DNA of 64,000 nucleotides. Source: an uncultured bacterium. GTDB lineage: Bacteria; Bacteroidota; Bacteroidia; Sphingobacteriales; Sphingobacteriaceae. This document shows, in pieces, positions 28,890-37,723 of this stretch. How positions within the stretch are numbered: the stretch's first letter is position 1; each line of letters starts with the position of its first letter. The notes under the pieces are model-generated. The model saw only the letters and a program-made list of their open reading frames with translations. It did not search any database and was not told the DNA's origin. Position numbers and translations under genes: made by a program. The stretch is from contig CAMTVQ010000002.1 of the NCBI GenBank assembly GCA_947085255.1, positions 68,688-132,687 on the forward strand, written 5' to 3'.

Positions 28890-31109
28890 ATGAATTATCG
28901 TATCATTCTAAAACATGCAGCTATTTTAGCTTTATCACTTTGCAGTACAGGCACTTTTGCACAAATTGCTATCAATAAGATTTGGAGTGACGTAAGCATC
29001 GAAAGAAGTGCAAATACTGCTACCCTACCAAGTGCATTTAGAGCAGTAAGCATACAAACCGACAATTTAAGGTTACTACTTAATAGCGCCCCTTTAGAAG
29101 CCATAATTACAGCAAAAGCATCACCAGTAGTTATTTCATTACCTATGCCAGATGGCAGCATGCAACGCTTTAGCTTTGTAGAAGCCCCTATTATGGAAGC
29201 CGAATTGGCGGCAAGATACCCTGAAATAAAAACCTATTTAGGTCAAGGAATAGACAACCCCGCGGCAACTGTTCGTTTCGATCTTACTTCTTTGGGATTT
29301 CATGCCATGATATTAAGCTCTGAACATACTGTGTTTATTGACCCTATAACACCCGAAAGTTCTCTATTAATTAGCTATTACAAAGAGAATATGCAGCCAA
29401 GCACAGAATTGCGAAACTGTGCAACAAATACTGCCGAATTAGAGGAATCTACTTCACCACAAAACAAAACAACAGGAACAAACTCAACAGGTAGCACCCT
29501 ACGCACCTATCGTTTGGCCTTGGCAGCTACTGCTGAATATACCAAAGCCCGTGGCGGAACTGTAGCAAAAGCACTTGCCAGCATGACCACTAGCGTTAAC
29601 CGTGTAGTAGGCGTGTATGAAAAAGAAGTGGCTATACGCATGGTATTAATTAGTAATACCGATCAATTAATATTTACAGATGCCACTACAGATGGGTATA
29701 CCAATAGCAATGGAAGTGTTATGCTGAGCGAAAACCAAACAAAGATAGACCTTGTTATTGGAGGTGCTAATTATGACATTGGACACGTTTTTAGTACAGG
29801 CGGTGGTGGTATTGCCGATTTACAATCGCCATGCAGTAGCAACAGAAAAGCACGTGGAGTTACAGGTTCATCCAACCCAACTGGCGACCCTTTTGATATT
29901 GATTTTGTAGCACACGAAATGGGGCATCAATTTGGTGGATTACACACATTTAATAGTACGTTTAGTGGCTGTGCGGGCAATCGCTCGGCAAGTGCCGCTT
30001 ATGAGCCAGGTAGTGGAGTAACTATAATGGGATATGCTGGTCTTTGCGGTAGCGATAACATACTCAGCAACAGTATTCCTTACTTCCATGTAAAGAGTTT
30101 TGATCAGATAACCGAATTTTCAGCAGGAGGAGGAAATTGTGCCACCAGTTCGGCAACAGGTAATGCGGCACCATTAGTTGATGCAGGTAATGATTTTGTA
30201 ATTCCAAAAAGCACTCCTTTTCTACTTACAGGTACAGCTAGCGACCCTAATGGCGATGCGCTTACCTATTCTTGGGAACAATATGATTTAGGACCTGCTG
30301 GACCACCTAACCAAGCTACAGAAACCAATGCACCTTTATTTCGCTCGTTTGCGCCAAAGCCAACTCCATCACGCATGTTTCCTCAACTAAAGGATGTATT
30401 ATCGGGAAAACCTACCAAAGGTGAAATTTTGCCTTCGGTTGGTAGAGACTTAAACTTCCGTTTTATTGTACGCGACAATCGTGCAGGTGGTGGTGGAGTA
30501 GCTTATGATGACTTGTTAGTTATTGTAGATAATGCAGGTGGCCCTTTTATTGTTACAGATCCAATACAAGGAACAGCTTGGGCGTTTGGTCAACTTCGCC
30601 CCGTAAGATGGAATGTGGCAAACAGCAATAAGTCACCTATAAATTGTGCGCTTGTAAATATTCTCATTTCATACGATAGCGGCCTTACATTTCCTGACAC
30701 CCTTTTAAAAAACGCTCCTAATACTGGCGAAGCATTTGTGGTTACACCGAACAAGCTAACTACTAAAGGACGTATTTTAGTACAAGGGGTAAATAATGTA
30801 TTCTTCAATATTACTCCTTCTGATTTTGCCATTGTAGCTACAGGCGGAACTTCAGCTATTGAAACCGTATTAGCCGAGAGCATATCTATTTTTCCTAATC
30901 CTACAAAACATATTTTTACTATTAACCTAAATGGAGTTGATAGCAAAGCAGTAACAGTAACTAACTACTTAGGACAACTGATATACGAAACACGTACCGC
31001 AAACACTACTACTACAATTGATTTAAGTACTGAAAAAGCAGGCGTTTATTTTGTAAAAGTGCAAACAAAAGACAATTACTTTATCACCAAAAAGCTGATA
31101 AAATTATAA
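28890..31109 (+). CDS. reprolysin-like (M12B-type) zinc metalloprotease with T9SS type A C-terminal sorting domain
   Basis: The ORF track starts at 28821. The ATG at 28890 gives signal peptide MNYRIILKHAAILALSLCSTGTFAQ. HEMGHQFGGLHTF zinc site. C-terminal SIFPNPTKHIFTINL...GVYFVKV tail. Confidence 0.8.
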   Translation: MNYRIILKHAAILALSLCSTGTFAQIAINKIWSDVSIERSANTATLPSAFRAVSIQTDNLRLLLNSAPLEAIITAKASPVVISLPMPDGSMQRFSFVEAPIMEAELAARYPEIKTYLGQGIDNPAATVRFDLTSLGFHAMILSSEHTVFIDPITPESSLLISYYKENMQPSTELRNCATNTAELEESTSPQNKTTGTNSTGSTLRTYRLALAATAEYTKARGGTVAKALASMTTSVNRVVGVYEKEVAIRMVLISNTDQLIFTDATTDGYTNSNGSVMLSENQTKIDLVIGGANYDIGHVFSTGGGGIADLQSPCSSNRKARGVTGSSNPTGDPFDIDFVAHEMGHQFGGLHTFNSTFSGCAGNRSASAAYEPGSGVTIMGYAGLCGSDNILSNSIPYFHVKSFDQITEFSAGGGNCATSSATGNAAPLVDAGNDFVIPKSTPFLLTGTASDPNGDALTYSWEQYDLGPAGPPNQATETNAPLFRSFAPKPTPSRMFPQLKDVLSGKPTKGEILPSVGRDLNFRFIVRDNRAGGGGVAYDDLLVIVDNAGGPFIVTDPIQGTAWAFGQLRPVRWNVANSNKSPINCALVNILISYDSGLTFPDTLLKNAPNTGEAFVVTPNKLTTKGRILVQGVNNVFFNITPSDFAIVATGGTSAIETVLAESISIFPNPTKHIFTINLNGVDSKAVTVTNYLGQLIYETRTANTTTTIDLSTEKAGVYFVKVQTKDNYFITKKLIKL

Positions 31110-31163
31110 GTCAAGTATATTAAAAAGGGTTGGGATGAATGCTGAACTCTTATCTTATTGCCT

Positions 31164-31217
31164 ATCCACAAAAACACAAAATCCGACTAATTAGTCGGAT
31201 TTTGTGTTTTTGTGGAT
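31164..31217. repeat. 54-bp perfect palindrome (27-bp arms, no spacer); possible terminator of the protease gene and left edge of the island
   Basis: atccacaaaaacacaaaatccgactaa / ttagtcggattttgtgtttttgtggat, read directly. Both arms are exact reverse complements. Confidence 0.9.
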
Positions 31218-31714
31218 TTAGATGGAGAGTTTTCGAAACTTCTATTTGAATTCGGGAAAGTAGTAACACAAATAAACCTCCCCTCCCTGGTTGATTCAAT
31301 CTTAATAGACCCAATACCACATTCGACCATTTAGTAAACGTGATTTATGCTATCAATTAGCTTGTTATCAAGGATAATTAGTTACTTTTATAACAGATAG
31401 CGCTAAAATCCCCAACTCTTACACACCACAAAATAGTGGTAGCGCTGGTATAAAACAAGTTTATTACCCTTTATACCTATACCAATAAAAGGCCACGACC
31501 TGTAAACTCCAAAATGGGTTGCTTAGTCGGATTACAGGCGCATTACATACGGCTGAACAACACAAAATGGCAGCTGTATCTCCCCAATAACAAAAGATGT
31601 AGTGTTTGAGCAACTGGCTATTATTGGTGCAAATTATTCTTGCCCTATTAGCTACAAAACCCATTTAAGGGTGGCAAAGCTATTCTTTTACCAATTCTTA
31701 ACGTATTAAAATCT

Positions 31715-31750
31715 GTGATTTATGTAACTATTTTACAGATTTATGTAACA
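31715..31750 (+). promoter_or_regulatory. 36-bp promoter module, copy 1 (upstream of the AraC-type regulator)
   Basis: GTGATTTATGTAACTATTTTACAGATTTATGTAACA. Hexamers at 31724 and 31744, 21... correction: exactly 20 bp by start position 31724 vs 31744 under the hexamer call, while GTGA-to-second-hexamer spacing is 29 bp as in all copies. -7-like TTTG at 31774-31777. TTG start at 31805. Confidence 0.7.
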
Positions 31751-31804
31751 TCCACCTGCTTTAAACTGGCAATTTTGAAGTACCCTATTTAAAAGAAAAT
31801 TGAT

Positions 31805-32374
31805 TTGAAACTGTACATCAAATACATGGTAAGCACACGCTGTATAATGGCAGTAAAAGCTGAATTAAAAAAGCTTGGGCTGCATTATATTCTTGTGGAT
31901 TTAGGTGAGGTAGAGATTATGGAAGACCTTTCCTTAGCACAACGGGAGGAACTATCTGCTGCTTTGCGCGAATCGCGGTTGGAATTAATGGATGATAAAC
32001 GGTCTGTGATAATTGAACGAATAAAAACGGTCATCACCGAAATGATTCACTATTTGGATGATATGCCCAAGGTGAACTACTCTGAATATCTTAGTGAAAA
32101 GCTAAACTACGATTACACCTATCTTTCCAATATATTCTCGGAGGTAAAGGGTATTACCATACAGCAATTTATCATTCTACATAAGATTGAGCGGGTAAAA
32201 GAGTTGCTGATATATGAGGAACTAAATCTTACGGAGATTTCTTACAAACTCCACTACAGCAGCGTAGCCCACTTATCCAATCAGTTTAAAAAAGTTACGG
32301 GGCTCTCTCCATCTGATTTTAGACATTTAAAAGGACACAAGCGTATGCCAATTGAAGAAATTGGCGTCCGTTAA
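31805..32374 (+). CDS. AraC/XylS-family transcriptional regulator with a short N-terminal non-HTH domain
   Basis: 189 aa, TTG start. C-terminal HTH_18 (YDYTYLSNIFSEVKGITIQQFIILHKIERVKELL...LNLTEISYKLHYSSVAHLSNQFKKVTGLSPSDFR). The N-terminus MKLYIKYMVSTRCIMAVKAELKKLGL resembles the common Bacteroidota AraC N-terminal module. Confidence 0.8.
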   Translation: MKLYIKYMVSTRCIMAVKAELKKLGLHYILVDLGEVEIMEDLSLAQREELSAALRESRLELMDDKRSVIIERIKTVITEMIHYLDDMPKVNYSEYLSEKLNYDYTYLSNIFSEVKGITIQQFIILHKIERVKELLIYEELNLTEISYKLHYSSVAHLSNQFKKVTGLSPSDFRHLKGHKRMPIEEIGVR

Positions 32375-32420
32375 GGAGTGATGCACACAGAGCTATCCTA
32401 ACAGAAAACGGTTACACCAC

Positions 32421-34427
32421 ATGGAACTACTAAAAAGCAAAGAATCTCAATACGCCCGAAACTTAATTGAAGCGAGTTTGGATCCGTTGATTACGATTAA
32501 TACCCAAGGTAAGATTACAGATATGAATCAAGCAACCGTAAATATTACGGGCATATCACGCGAAAAATTAATTGGCACCGATTTCTTCGATTATTTTACC
32601 GAACCAGATAAAGCACAAGAAGTTTACAAGCAAGTGTTTGCTAAAGGCTTTGTGGCCGACTATCCGCTTACTATACGCGACCATAAACTGACCGATGTGC
32701 TATTTAATGGTTCGGTGTACAAAGACGAAGAAGGCAATGTAGCGGGCATAGTGGTGGTAGCAAGAGATATTACCGAACAAAAGAAGAATGAAAAAGAACT
32801 GACCGAAGCAAAAGTGTTTGCCGAATTGGCAACAGCTATTGCAGAAGAAGCAAAATGCAAAGCCGAATGTGCTATGCGTATAGCCGAAGATGCGGTAAAG
32901 GCAAAACAACAGTTTTTGTCGAATATGAGTCACGAAATTCGCACGCCAATGAATGCGATTATCGGGTTTACCAAAGTAGTACTGCGCACCGACCTTACGG
33001 CAAAACAAAAGGAATACCTTACTGCCATAAAAATGAGTGGTGATGCCTTAATTGTGCTCATTAACGATATTCTGGATTTGGCAAAAGTAGATGCCGGAAA
33101 AATGGTATTTGAACATACACCTTTCAAAATGGCATTATCCATATCGGCTATGCTGCATTTGTTTGAAACAAAAATACAGGAGAAAAACCTGCAAATGATT
33201 AAAGAATACGACAACAGGATTCCGGAAGTATTGCTTGGCGACCCTGTGCGTTTGCACCAAATTATTTTAAACTTAGTAAGCAATGCAGTAAAATTTACCA
33301 ATACCGGAAAGATTGTAGTAAAAGTGAGTTTAATGCACGAGGATGAGGATAACGTAACGATTGAGTTTGCCGTTACAGATACAGGCATTGGCATTGCAGC
33401 AGATAAACTAAAAAATGTTTTTGATGATTTTCAGCAAGCCACCAGCGGCACTTCCAGATTGTATGGCGGCACCGGATTGGGCTTGGCCATTGTAAAACAA
33501 TTAGTAGAACCACAAGGAGGAAAAATTACGGTAAAAAGTAAAATTGGTGAGGGTTCTACGTTTAGTTTCTTCCTTACTTTTCAAAAAACCATAGCACTGG
33601 CAGAGTTAGAAACCAGTATTGAGGAGTTGGATAAAGAAGTGACGAATATAAAAGTATTGGTGGTAGAAGATATTGCACTGAACCAATTACTGATGAAAAC
33701 CTTATTGGATGATTTTGGCTTTGAGCGCGACATTGCAGCAAACGGGCGCATCGCCATTGAAAAGGTAGAAAGCAAGGAATACGACATTATTTTAATGGAC
33801 TTGCAGATGCCCGAAATGAATGGATTTGAAGCCACCGAATATATTCGAAAAACGATAGGCTCCAACGTTCCGATTATTGCCTTAACTGCCGATGTAACCA
33901 CCGTTGATTTGGCAAAGTGCAAAGCCGTGGGCATGAACGATTACATTGCCAAACCCATAGACGAACGTTTGCTCTATAGCAAAATAATAGGCTTGGTAAA
34001 AAAACCAGCTATTGTTGCCCCTAAAAAAATAGTAAACGAAGCTGGTCAAAAGCTAAAATGCATTGACTTGGATTACCTAACACACCGCACCAAATCAAAC
34101 CCAGCGCTGATGATGGAAATGATTTTGTTGTATTTGGAACAAACCCCTGTTTTGATTAATAATATGAAACAAAGTTTTCAGGATAAAGATTGGCAGTCCT
34201 TATATGTAGCAGTACATAAAATGATTCCTTCTTTTGCCATAGTGGGCATTAGTCCAAGCTTTGAAACGATGGCAAAAAGGATACAGGATTTTGCCAGCAC
34301 ACAACAACAAGCCGACGAAATACCAGACTTGGTATTGCAACTGGAGAATGTATGCACACAGGCCTGCATTGAATTGGAAGAAGAATTTAACTTAATTAAA
34401 AATACAACTGATGAACAGCACAAATAA
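32421..34427 (+). CDS. PAS - HisKA - HATPase - REC - HPt hybrid sensor histidine kinase
   Basis: 668 aa. PAS (ITINTQGKITDMNQATVNITG). H-box [17 protein letters not shown]-boxes DTGIGI and GGTGLGLAI. Receiver (VLVVEDIALNQ...[12 protein letters not shown]...ALTA). C-terminal HPt-like helix bundle (AVHKMIPSF). Confidence 0.85.
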   Translation: MELLKSKESQYARNLIEASLDPLITINTQGKITDMNQATVNITGISREKLIGTDFFDYFTEPDKAQEVYKQVFAKGFVADYPLTIRDHKLTDVLFNGSVYKDEEGNVAGIVVVARDITEQKKNEKELTEAKVFAELATAIAEEAKCKAECAMRIAEDAVKAKQQFLSNMSHEIRTPMNAIIGFTKVVLRTDLTAKQKEYLTAIKMSGDALIVLINDILDLAKVDAGKMVFEHTPFKMALSISAMLHLFETKIQEKNLQMIKEYDNRIPEVLLGDPVRLHQIILNLVSNAVKFTNTGKIVVKVSLMHEDEDNVTIEFAVTDTGIGIAADKLKNVFDDFQQATSGTSRLYGGTGLGLAIVKQLVEPQGGKITVKSKIGEGSTFSFFLTFQKTIALAELETSIEELDKEVTNIKVLVVEDIALNQLLMKTLLDDFGFERDIAANGRIAIEKVESKEYDIILMDLQMPEMNGFEATEYIRKTIGSNVPIIALTADVTTVDLAKCKAVGMNDYIAKPIDERLLYSKIIGLVKKPAIVAPKKIVNEAGQKLKCIDLDYLTHRTKSNPALMMEMILLYLEQTPVLINNMKQSFQDKDWQSLYVAVHKMIPSFAIVGISPSFETMAKRIQDFASTQQQADEIPDLVLQLENVCTQACIELEEEFNLIKNTTDEQHK

Positions 34428-34848
34428 AATAGCCCTTTTTTTGGTAGATGATGATGCCGTGTTTTTAAAAACATTAGAGATTGAGCTCTTAGAACATGGC
34501 GATTTTGATATTGAAACCTTTGCCACAGGTGAGTTGTGCTTGGCACGCCTCGCATCATTCTGCCCTGATATAATCATTTTAGATTATCATTTAGATGGTA
34601 TTGAAAAAAATGCCATGAACGGCATGGATGCCTTGGATGCTATAAAGGCAATAAACTCAGAAATACCGGTAATCATGCTCTCTTCGCAAGATAAAATCGA
34701 GGTAGCTGTCAACTGTATGCATCACCGTGCTTTTGATTATGTGGTGAAAAGCGAAACTGCTTTTATGCGCGTACAAAAAATCATTACCAACGTATTTAAG
34801 TACAAAAAAATAGAGAAAGAATTAAAATGGTATATGGAGCGGATGTAA
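34411..34848 (+). CDS. single-domain response regulator (receiver only)
   Basis: 145 aa. LFLVDDD...IIILDYHL...MLSS...VVK receiver signature. Overlaps the upstream kinase gene by 17 nt. Confidence 0.8.
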   Translation: MNSTNKIALFLVDDDAVFLKTLEIELLEHGDFDIETFATGELCLARLASFCPDIIILDYHLDGIEKNAMNGMDALDAIKAINSEIPVIMLSSQDKIEVAVNCMHHRAFDYVVKSETAFMRVQKIITNVFKYKKIEKELKWYMERM

Positions 34849-34901
34849 ATCACATTACTTTGTTACTATACCTTGCTTAATACGCGTTTTAAACACTAAT
34901 A

Positions 34902-35366
34902 ATGGATCCTGAACAATTACCTACATCGTTGAAAATTCTACTGGCTGATGACGATACTGACGATCGCTTTTTCTTTGATAAAGCAATTAATGAAATACCC
35001 ATTGCAACGCAACTTGCAACTGTAAATGATGGGGAACAGCTAATGAATTACCTTTTTGAAAACGCAGTATGCTTACCCGATATTCTTTTTCTTGACCTTA
35101 GTATGCCACGTAAAACGGGGTTTGAATGCCTAACAGAGATTAAAGAAGATGAACGGTTTAAAAATATTCCGGTGATCGTTTTTACAACCTCATTTGGCAG
35201 AGGACAAGAATACGAGCAACGATTAATAGACACTCTCCAAAATATAGGAGCACAAGAATACATTCGGAAACCAGGTGATTTAAAACAACTTAAACAAGTT
35301 ATTCTCGATCAACTTGTAAAAGCAACAGAGAAAAAAAACGCTGACCCATCAGGAGACATTCTATAA
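34902..35366 (+). CDS. single-domain response regulator (Rcp1-like receiver)
   Basis: 154 aa. ILLADDDTDDRFFF ... LFLDLSMPRKTGFECL ... VIVFTTS ... YIRKP. Confidence 0.8.
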   Translation: MDPEQLPTSLKILLADDDTDDRFFFDKAINEIPIATQLATVNDGEQLMNYLFENAVCLPDILFLDLSMPRKTGFECLTEIKEDERFKNIPVIVFTTSFGRGQEYEQRLIDTLQNIGAQEYIRKPGDLKQLKQVILDQLVKATEKKNADPSGDIL

Positions 35367-35424
35367 TGCCTCTATTAATTACTAAAACTATTTTTCAATC
35401 AGATTATCCCCTAATTACCCTATT

Positions 35425-35868
35425 ATGAAACTAAAAGCTCTTAATATATTACTTGCAGATGACGATATTGACGATTGCGCATTTTTTCAGCAAGCGTTGG
35501 ACGAGTTATCCTTATCTGCACAGCTCACCATTGTACACGATGGAGAAAAACTGATGAAACACCTTTCAGAAAATTTAGAACACCTTCCACATGTTATTTT
35601 TCTTGATATTAATATGCCGCTCAAAAACGGTCCAGAGTGCTTATCGGAAATGAAAAAAAATACGCATTTAAAAGATATCCCCGTAGTTATGTTTTCTACC
35701 TCTAATTCTTGGGATACCATAAATACGCTATTTAAGAGTGGGGCGCATGTGTATATTCACAAACCAAGTGATTTTAAACAATTGAAACAGGTGATTCATC
35801 ATGCATTGCCGATAGCGGCAGAAAAAATATTTTCGAACGGACCCGTAAAGTATGTTCTTAACGCATAA
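35425..35868 (+). CDS. single-domain response regulator (Rcp1-like receiver)
   Basis: 147 aa. ILLADDDIDDCAFF ... IFLDINMPLKNGPECL ... VVMFSTS ... YIHKP. Confidence 0.8.
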   Translation: MKLKALNILLADDDIDDCAFFQQALDELSLSAQLTIVHDGEKLMKHLSENLEHLPHVIFLDINMPLKNGPECLSEMKKNTHLKDIPVVMFSTSNSWDTINTLFKSGAHVYIHKPSDFKQLKQVIHHALPIAAEKIFSNGPVKYVLNA

Positions 35869-35894
35869 AACACCTTTAAAAAACAACAACTCAT

Positions 35895-36395
35895 ATGAAT
35901 TTAGACCAAATGAATATTCTGCTTGCAGATGACGATACGGATGATTGTGTTTTTTTTAAAGAGGCTGTAGAAGAAGTACTACCAGCTACTAACCTTACTG
36001 CCGTGCATGATGGTGAACAATTAATGCGATTTCTTGCAAATGAGGGCAATAAACTTCCTGATGTACTTTTTTTAGACTTGAATATGCCACGTAAAAACGG
36101 TTTTGAGTGTTTGTCGGAAATAAAGCTAAATCACAAATTAAAGCAACTTCCGGTAATTATGTTCTCTACTTCTTATGAACAAGAAGTGGTAAACCAACTT
36201 TACCAAAATGGTGCCCAATACTTTATTCGTAAGCCTTCTGAATTTTCGCAATTCAAAAAAATTATTCAACATACCCTTTTGCAACTACAGCAAGAACTAT
36301 CTGCACCAATAAGTATGCTACAGGGCAGCGAAGCGGAGCATATTTTACAACCAACCAGAGAAGATTTTGTACTCTCTGTGCAAAGTAACAATTAG
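35895..36395 (+). CDS. single-domain response regulator (Rcp1-like receiver)
   Basis: 166 aa. ILLADDDTDDCVFF ... LFLDLNMPRKNGFECL ... VIMFSTS ... FIRKP. Confidence 0.8.
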   Translation: MNLDQMNILLADDDTDDCVFFKEAVEEVLPATNLTAVHDGEQLMRFLANEGNKLPDVLFLDLNMPRKNGFECLSEIKLNHKLKQLPVIMFSTSYEQEVVNQLYQNGAQYFIRKPSEFSQFKKIIQHTLLQLQQELSAPISMLQGSEAEHILQPTREDFVLSVQSNN

Positions 36396-36406
36396 CACTA
36401 AAACAC

Positions 36407-37723
36407 ATGATAGAACTAACGAAAGCGGACGAACTAACTATTGCTAGTAAGGAACTTGCTTTTCAGAACGATGAGAAAGAAAAACGGGCCGCCGAATTAC
36501 TAATTGCCAACAAAGAGCTTGCTTTTCAGAACGATGAGAAAGAAAAACGGGCCGCCGAATTACTAATTGCCAACAAAGAGCTTGCTTTTCAGAATGATGA
36601 GAAAGAAAAGCGCGCAGCCGAATTGTTAATTGCCAACAAAGAATTGGCTTTCCAAAACGATGAGAAAGAAAAACGTGCAGCAGAACTAACCATTGCTAAC
36701 AAAGAGCTTGCTTTCCAAAACGATGAGAAAGAAAAGCGCGCAGCCGAGCTGATAATTGCTAACAAAGAATTGGCTTTCCAGAACGACGAGAAAGAAAAGC
36801 GTGCAGCCGAACTGATTATTGCCAACAAAGAATTGGCTTTCCAGAATGATGAGAAAGAAAAGCGCGCAGCAGAACTAATTATTGCCAACAATGAACTAGC
36901 TTTCCAAAACGATGAGAAAGAAAAGCGCGCAGCAGAACTAATTATTGCCAACAAAGAACTTGCTTTCCAGAACGATGAGAAAGAAAAGCGTGCAGAAGAG
37001 CTGATTATTGCCAATAAAGAACTGCTTGCATTTACGTACATATCCAGTCATGATTTGCAAGAACCCTTGCGAAAAATACAAACCTTTGTTACGATTATAC
37101 TCGAAAACGAAAACAAGAATTTATCTGAAAAAGGTAAGTATCATTTCGAGCGCATGCAAGTGGCCGCAGGACGAATGCAGCAACTTATTGATGATTTACT
37201 GGCCTTTTCTCGCATTGCCACAACGGAGCTCAAGTTTGAAAAAACGGATCTCAATTTAATTGTAGAAGAAGTAAAAACAGAGCTTAGAGAAACCATTCAG
37301 GAAAAAAATGGTACTATAGAGGCCATAGAACTGGGTTCTGCCAATATCATTGCTTTTCAGTTTAGGCAATTGATGTACAATCTTATCAGCAATGCGCTCA
37401 AGTTTTCGAACCCTAATTTACCATCACATATTACCATAACAAGCAGTATTATAAAAGGCAGTAAACTAAACAACGAACGGCTTTCTGCCGGCAAAAACTA
37501 TTGCCACATTACTGTAAAAGACAATGGCATAGGCTTTGAGCCCCGCTTTAGTGAACGCATTTTTGGTGTATTCCAAAAGCTGCACGGCAAAGAAGTATAT
37601 GCCGGAACAGGTATTGGACTTGCCATTGTAAAAAAGATAGTAGAAAACCACAACGGCATTATTGCTGCCGCCAGTGAATTAAATAAGGGGGCAACTTTTA
37701 ATATTTATATCCCTGCTAACTAA
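36407..37723 (+). CDS. soluble histidine kinase whose whole N-terminal region is a tandem 21-aa coiled-coil repeat, joined directly to HisKA-HATPase
   Basis: 438 aa. No TM segment and no PAS/GAF domain. 9 full copies plus 1 partial copy of L(L/I/T)IANKELAFQNDEKEKRAAE. Then H-box FTYISSHDLQEPLRKI, N-box LISNALKF, and G-boxes DNGIGF and GTGIGLAI. Confidence 0.85.
   Translation: MIELTKADELTIASKELAFQNDEKEKRAAELLIANKELAFQNDEKEKRAAELLIANKELAFQNDEKEKRAAELLIANKELAFQNDEKEKRAAELTIANKELAFQNDEKEKRAAELIIANKELAFQNDEKEKRAAELIIANKELAFQNDEKEKRAAELIIANNELAFQNDEKEKRAAELIIANKELAFQNDEKEKRAEELIIANKELLAFTYISSHDLQEPLRKIQTFVTIILENENKNLSEKGKYHFERMQVAAGRMQQLIDDLLAFSRIATTELKFEKTDLNLIVEEVKTELRETIQEKNGTIEAIELGSANIIAFQFRQLMYNLISNALKFSNPNLPSHITITSSIIKGSKLNNERLSAGKNYCHITVKDNGIGFEPRFSERIFGVFQKLHGKEVYAGTGIGLAIVKKIVENHNGIIAAASELNKGATFNIYIPAN
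36434..37024 (+). repeat. 63-bp in-frame tandem repeat, about 9.4 copies (coding)
   Basis: Each unit encodes 21 aa (three heptads). The first copies are DNA-identical. Later copies differ mostly at synonymous positions (for example gcttttcagaac versus gctttccaaaac; aaacgggccgcc versus aagcgcgcagca). Confidence 0.9.

Noticed and set aside
31464-31664. A 66-aa minus-strand ORF in the long spacer
   Set aside because: It is Cys/Trp/Tyr-rich and has no recognisable domain or plausible ribosome-binding context. It is kept only as a remark within the non-coding-region finding.
32660-34577. Multiple antisense or alternative-frame ORFs within the hybrid kinase gene and the first receiver gene
   Set aside because: Each is fully contained in a long ORF that has complete kinase and receiver motif sets. 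None has a motif of its own.
36434-37024. Regularly spaced 63-bp repeats that could be mistaken for a CRISPR array (likewise the 87-bp periodicity at 46891-47781)
   Set aside because: The units are directly adjacent with no unique spacers. They lie in frame within long ORFs and vary mainly at synonymous positions. No cas genes or leader sequence are present.
36589-37041. A 150-aa minus-strand ORF inside the 63-bp repeat region
   Set aside because: It is the antisense shadow of the in-frame kinase repeats. It has no independent start context, and its sequence is simply the periodic reverse reading.
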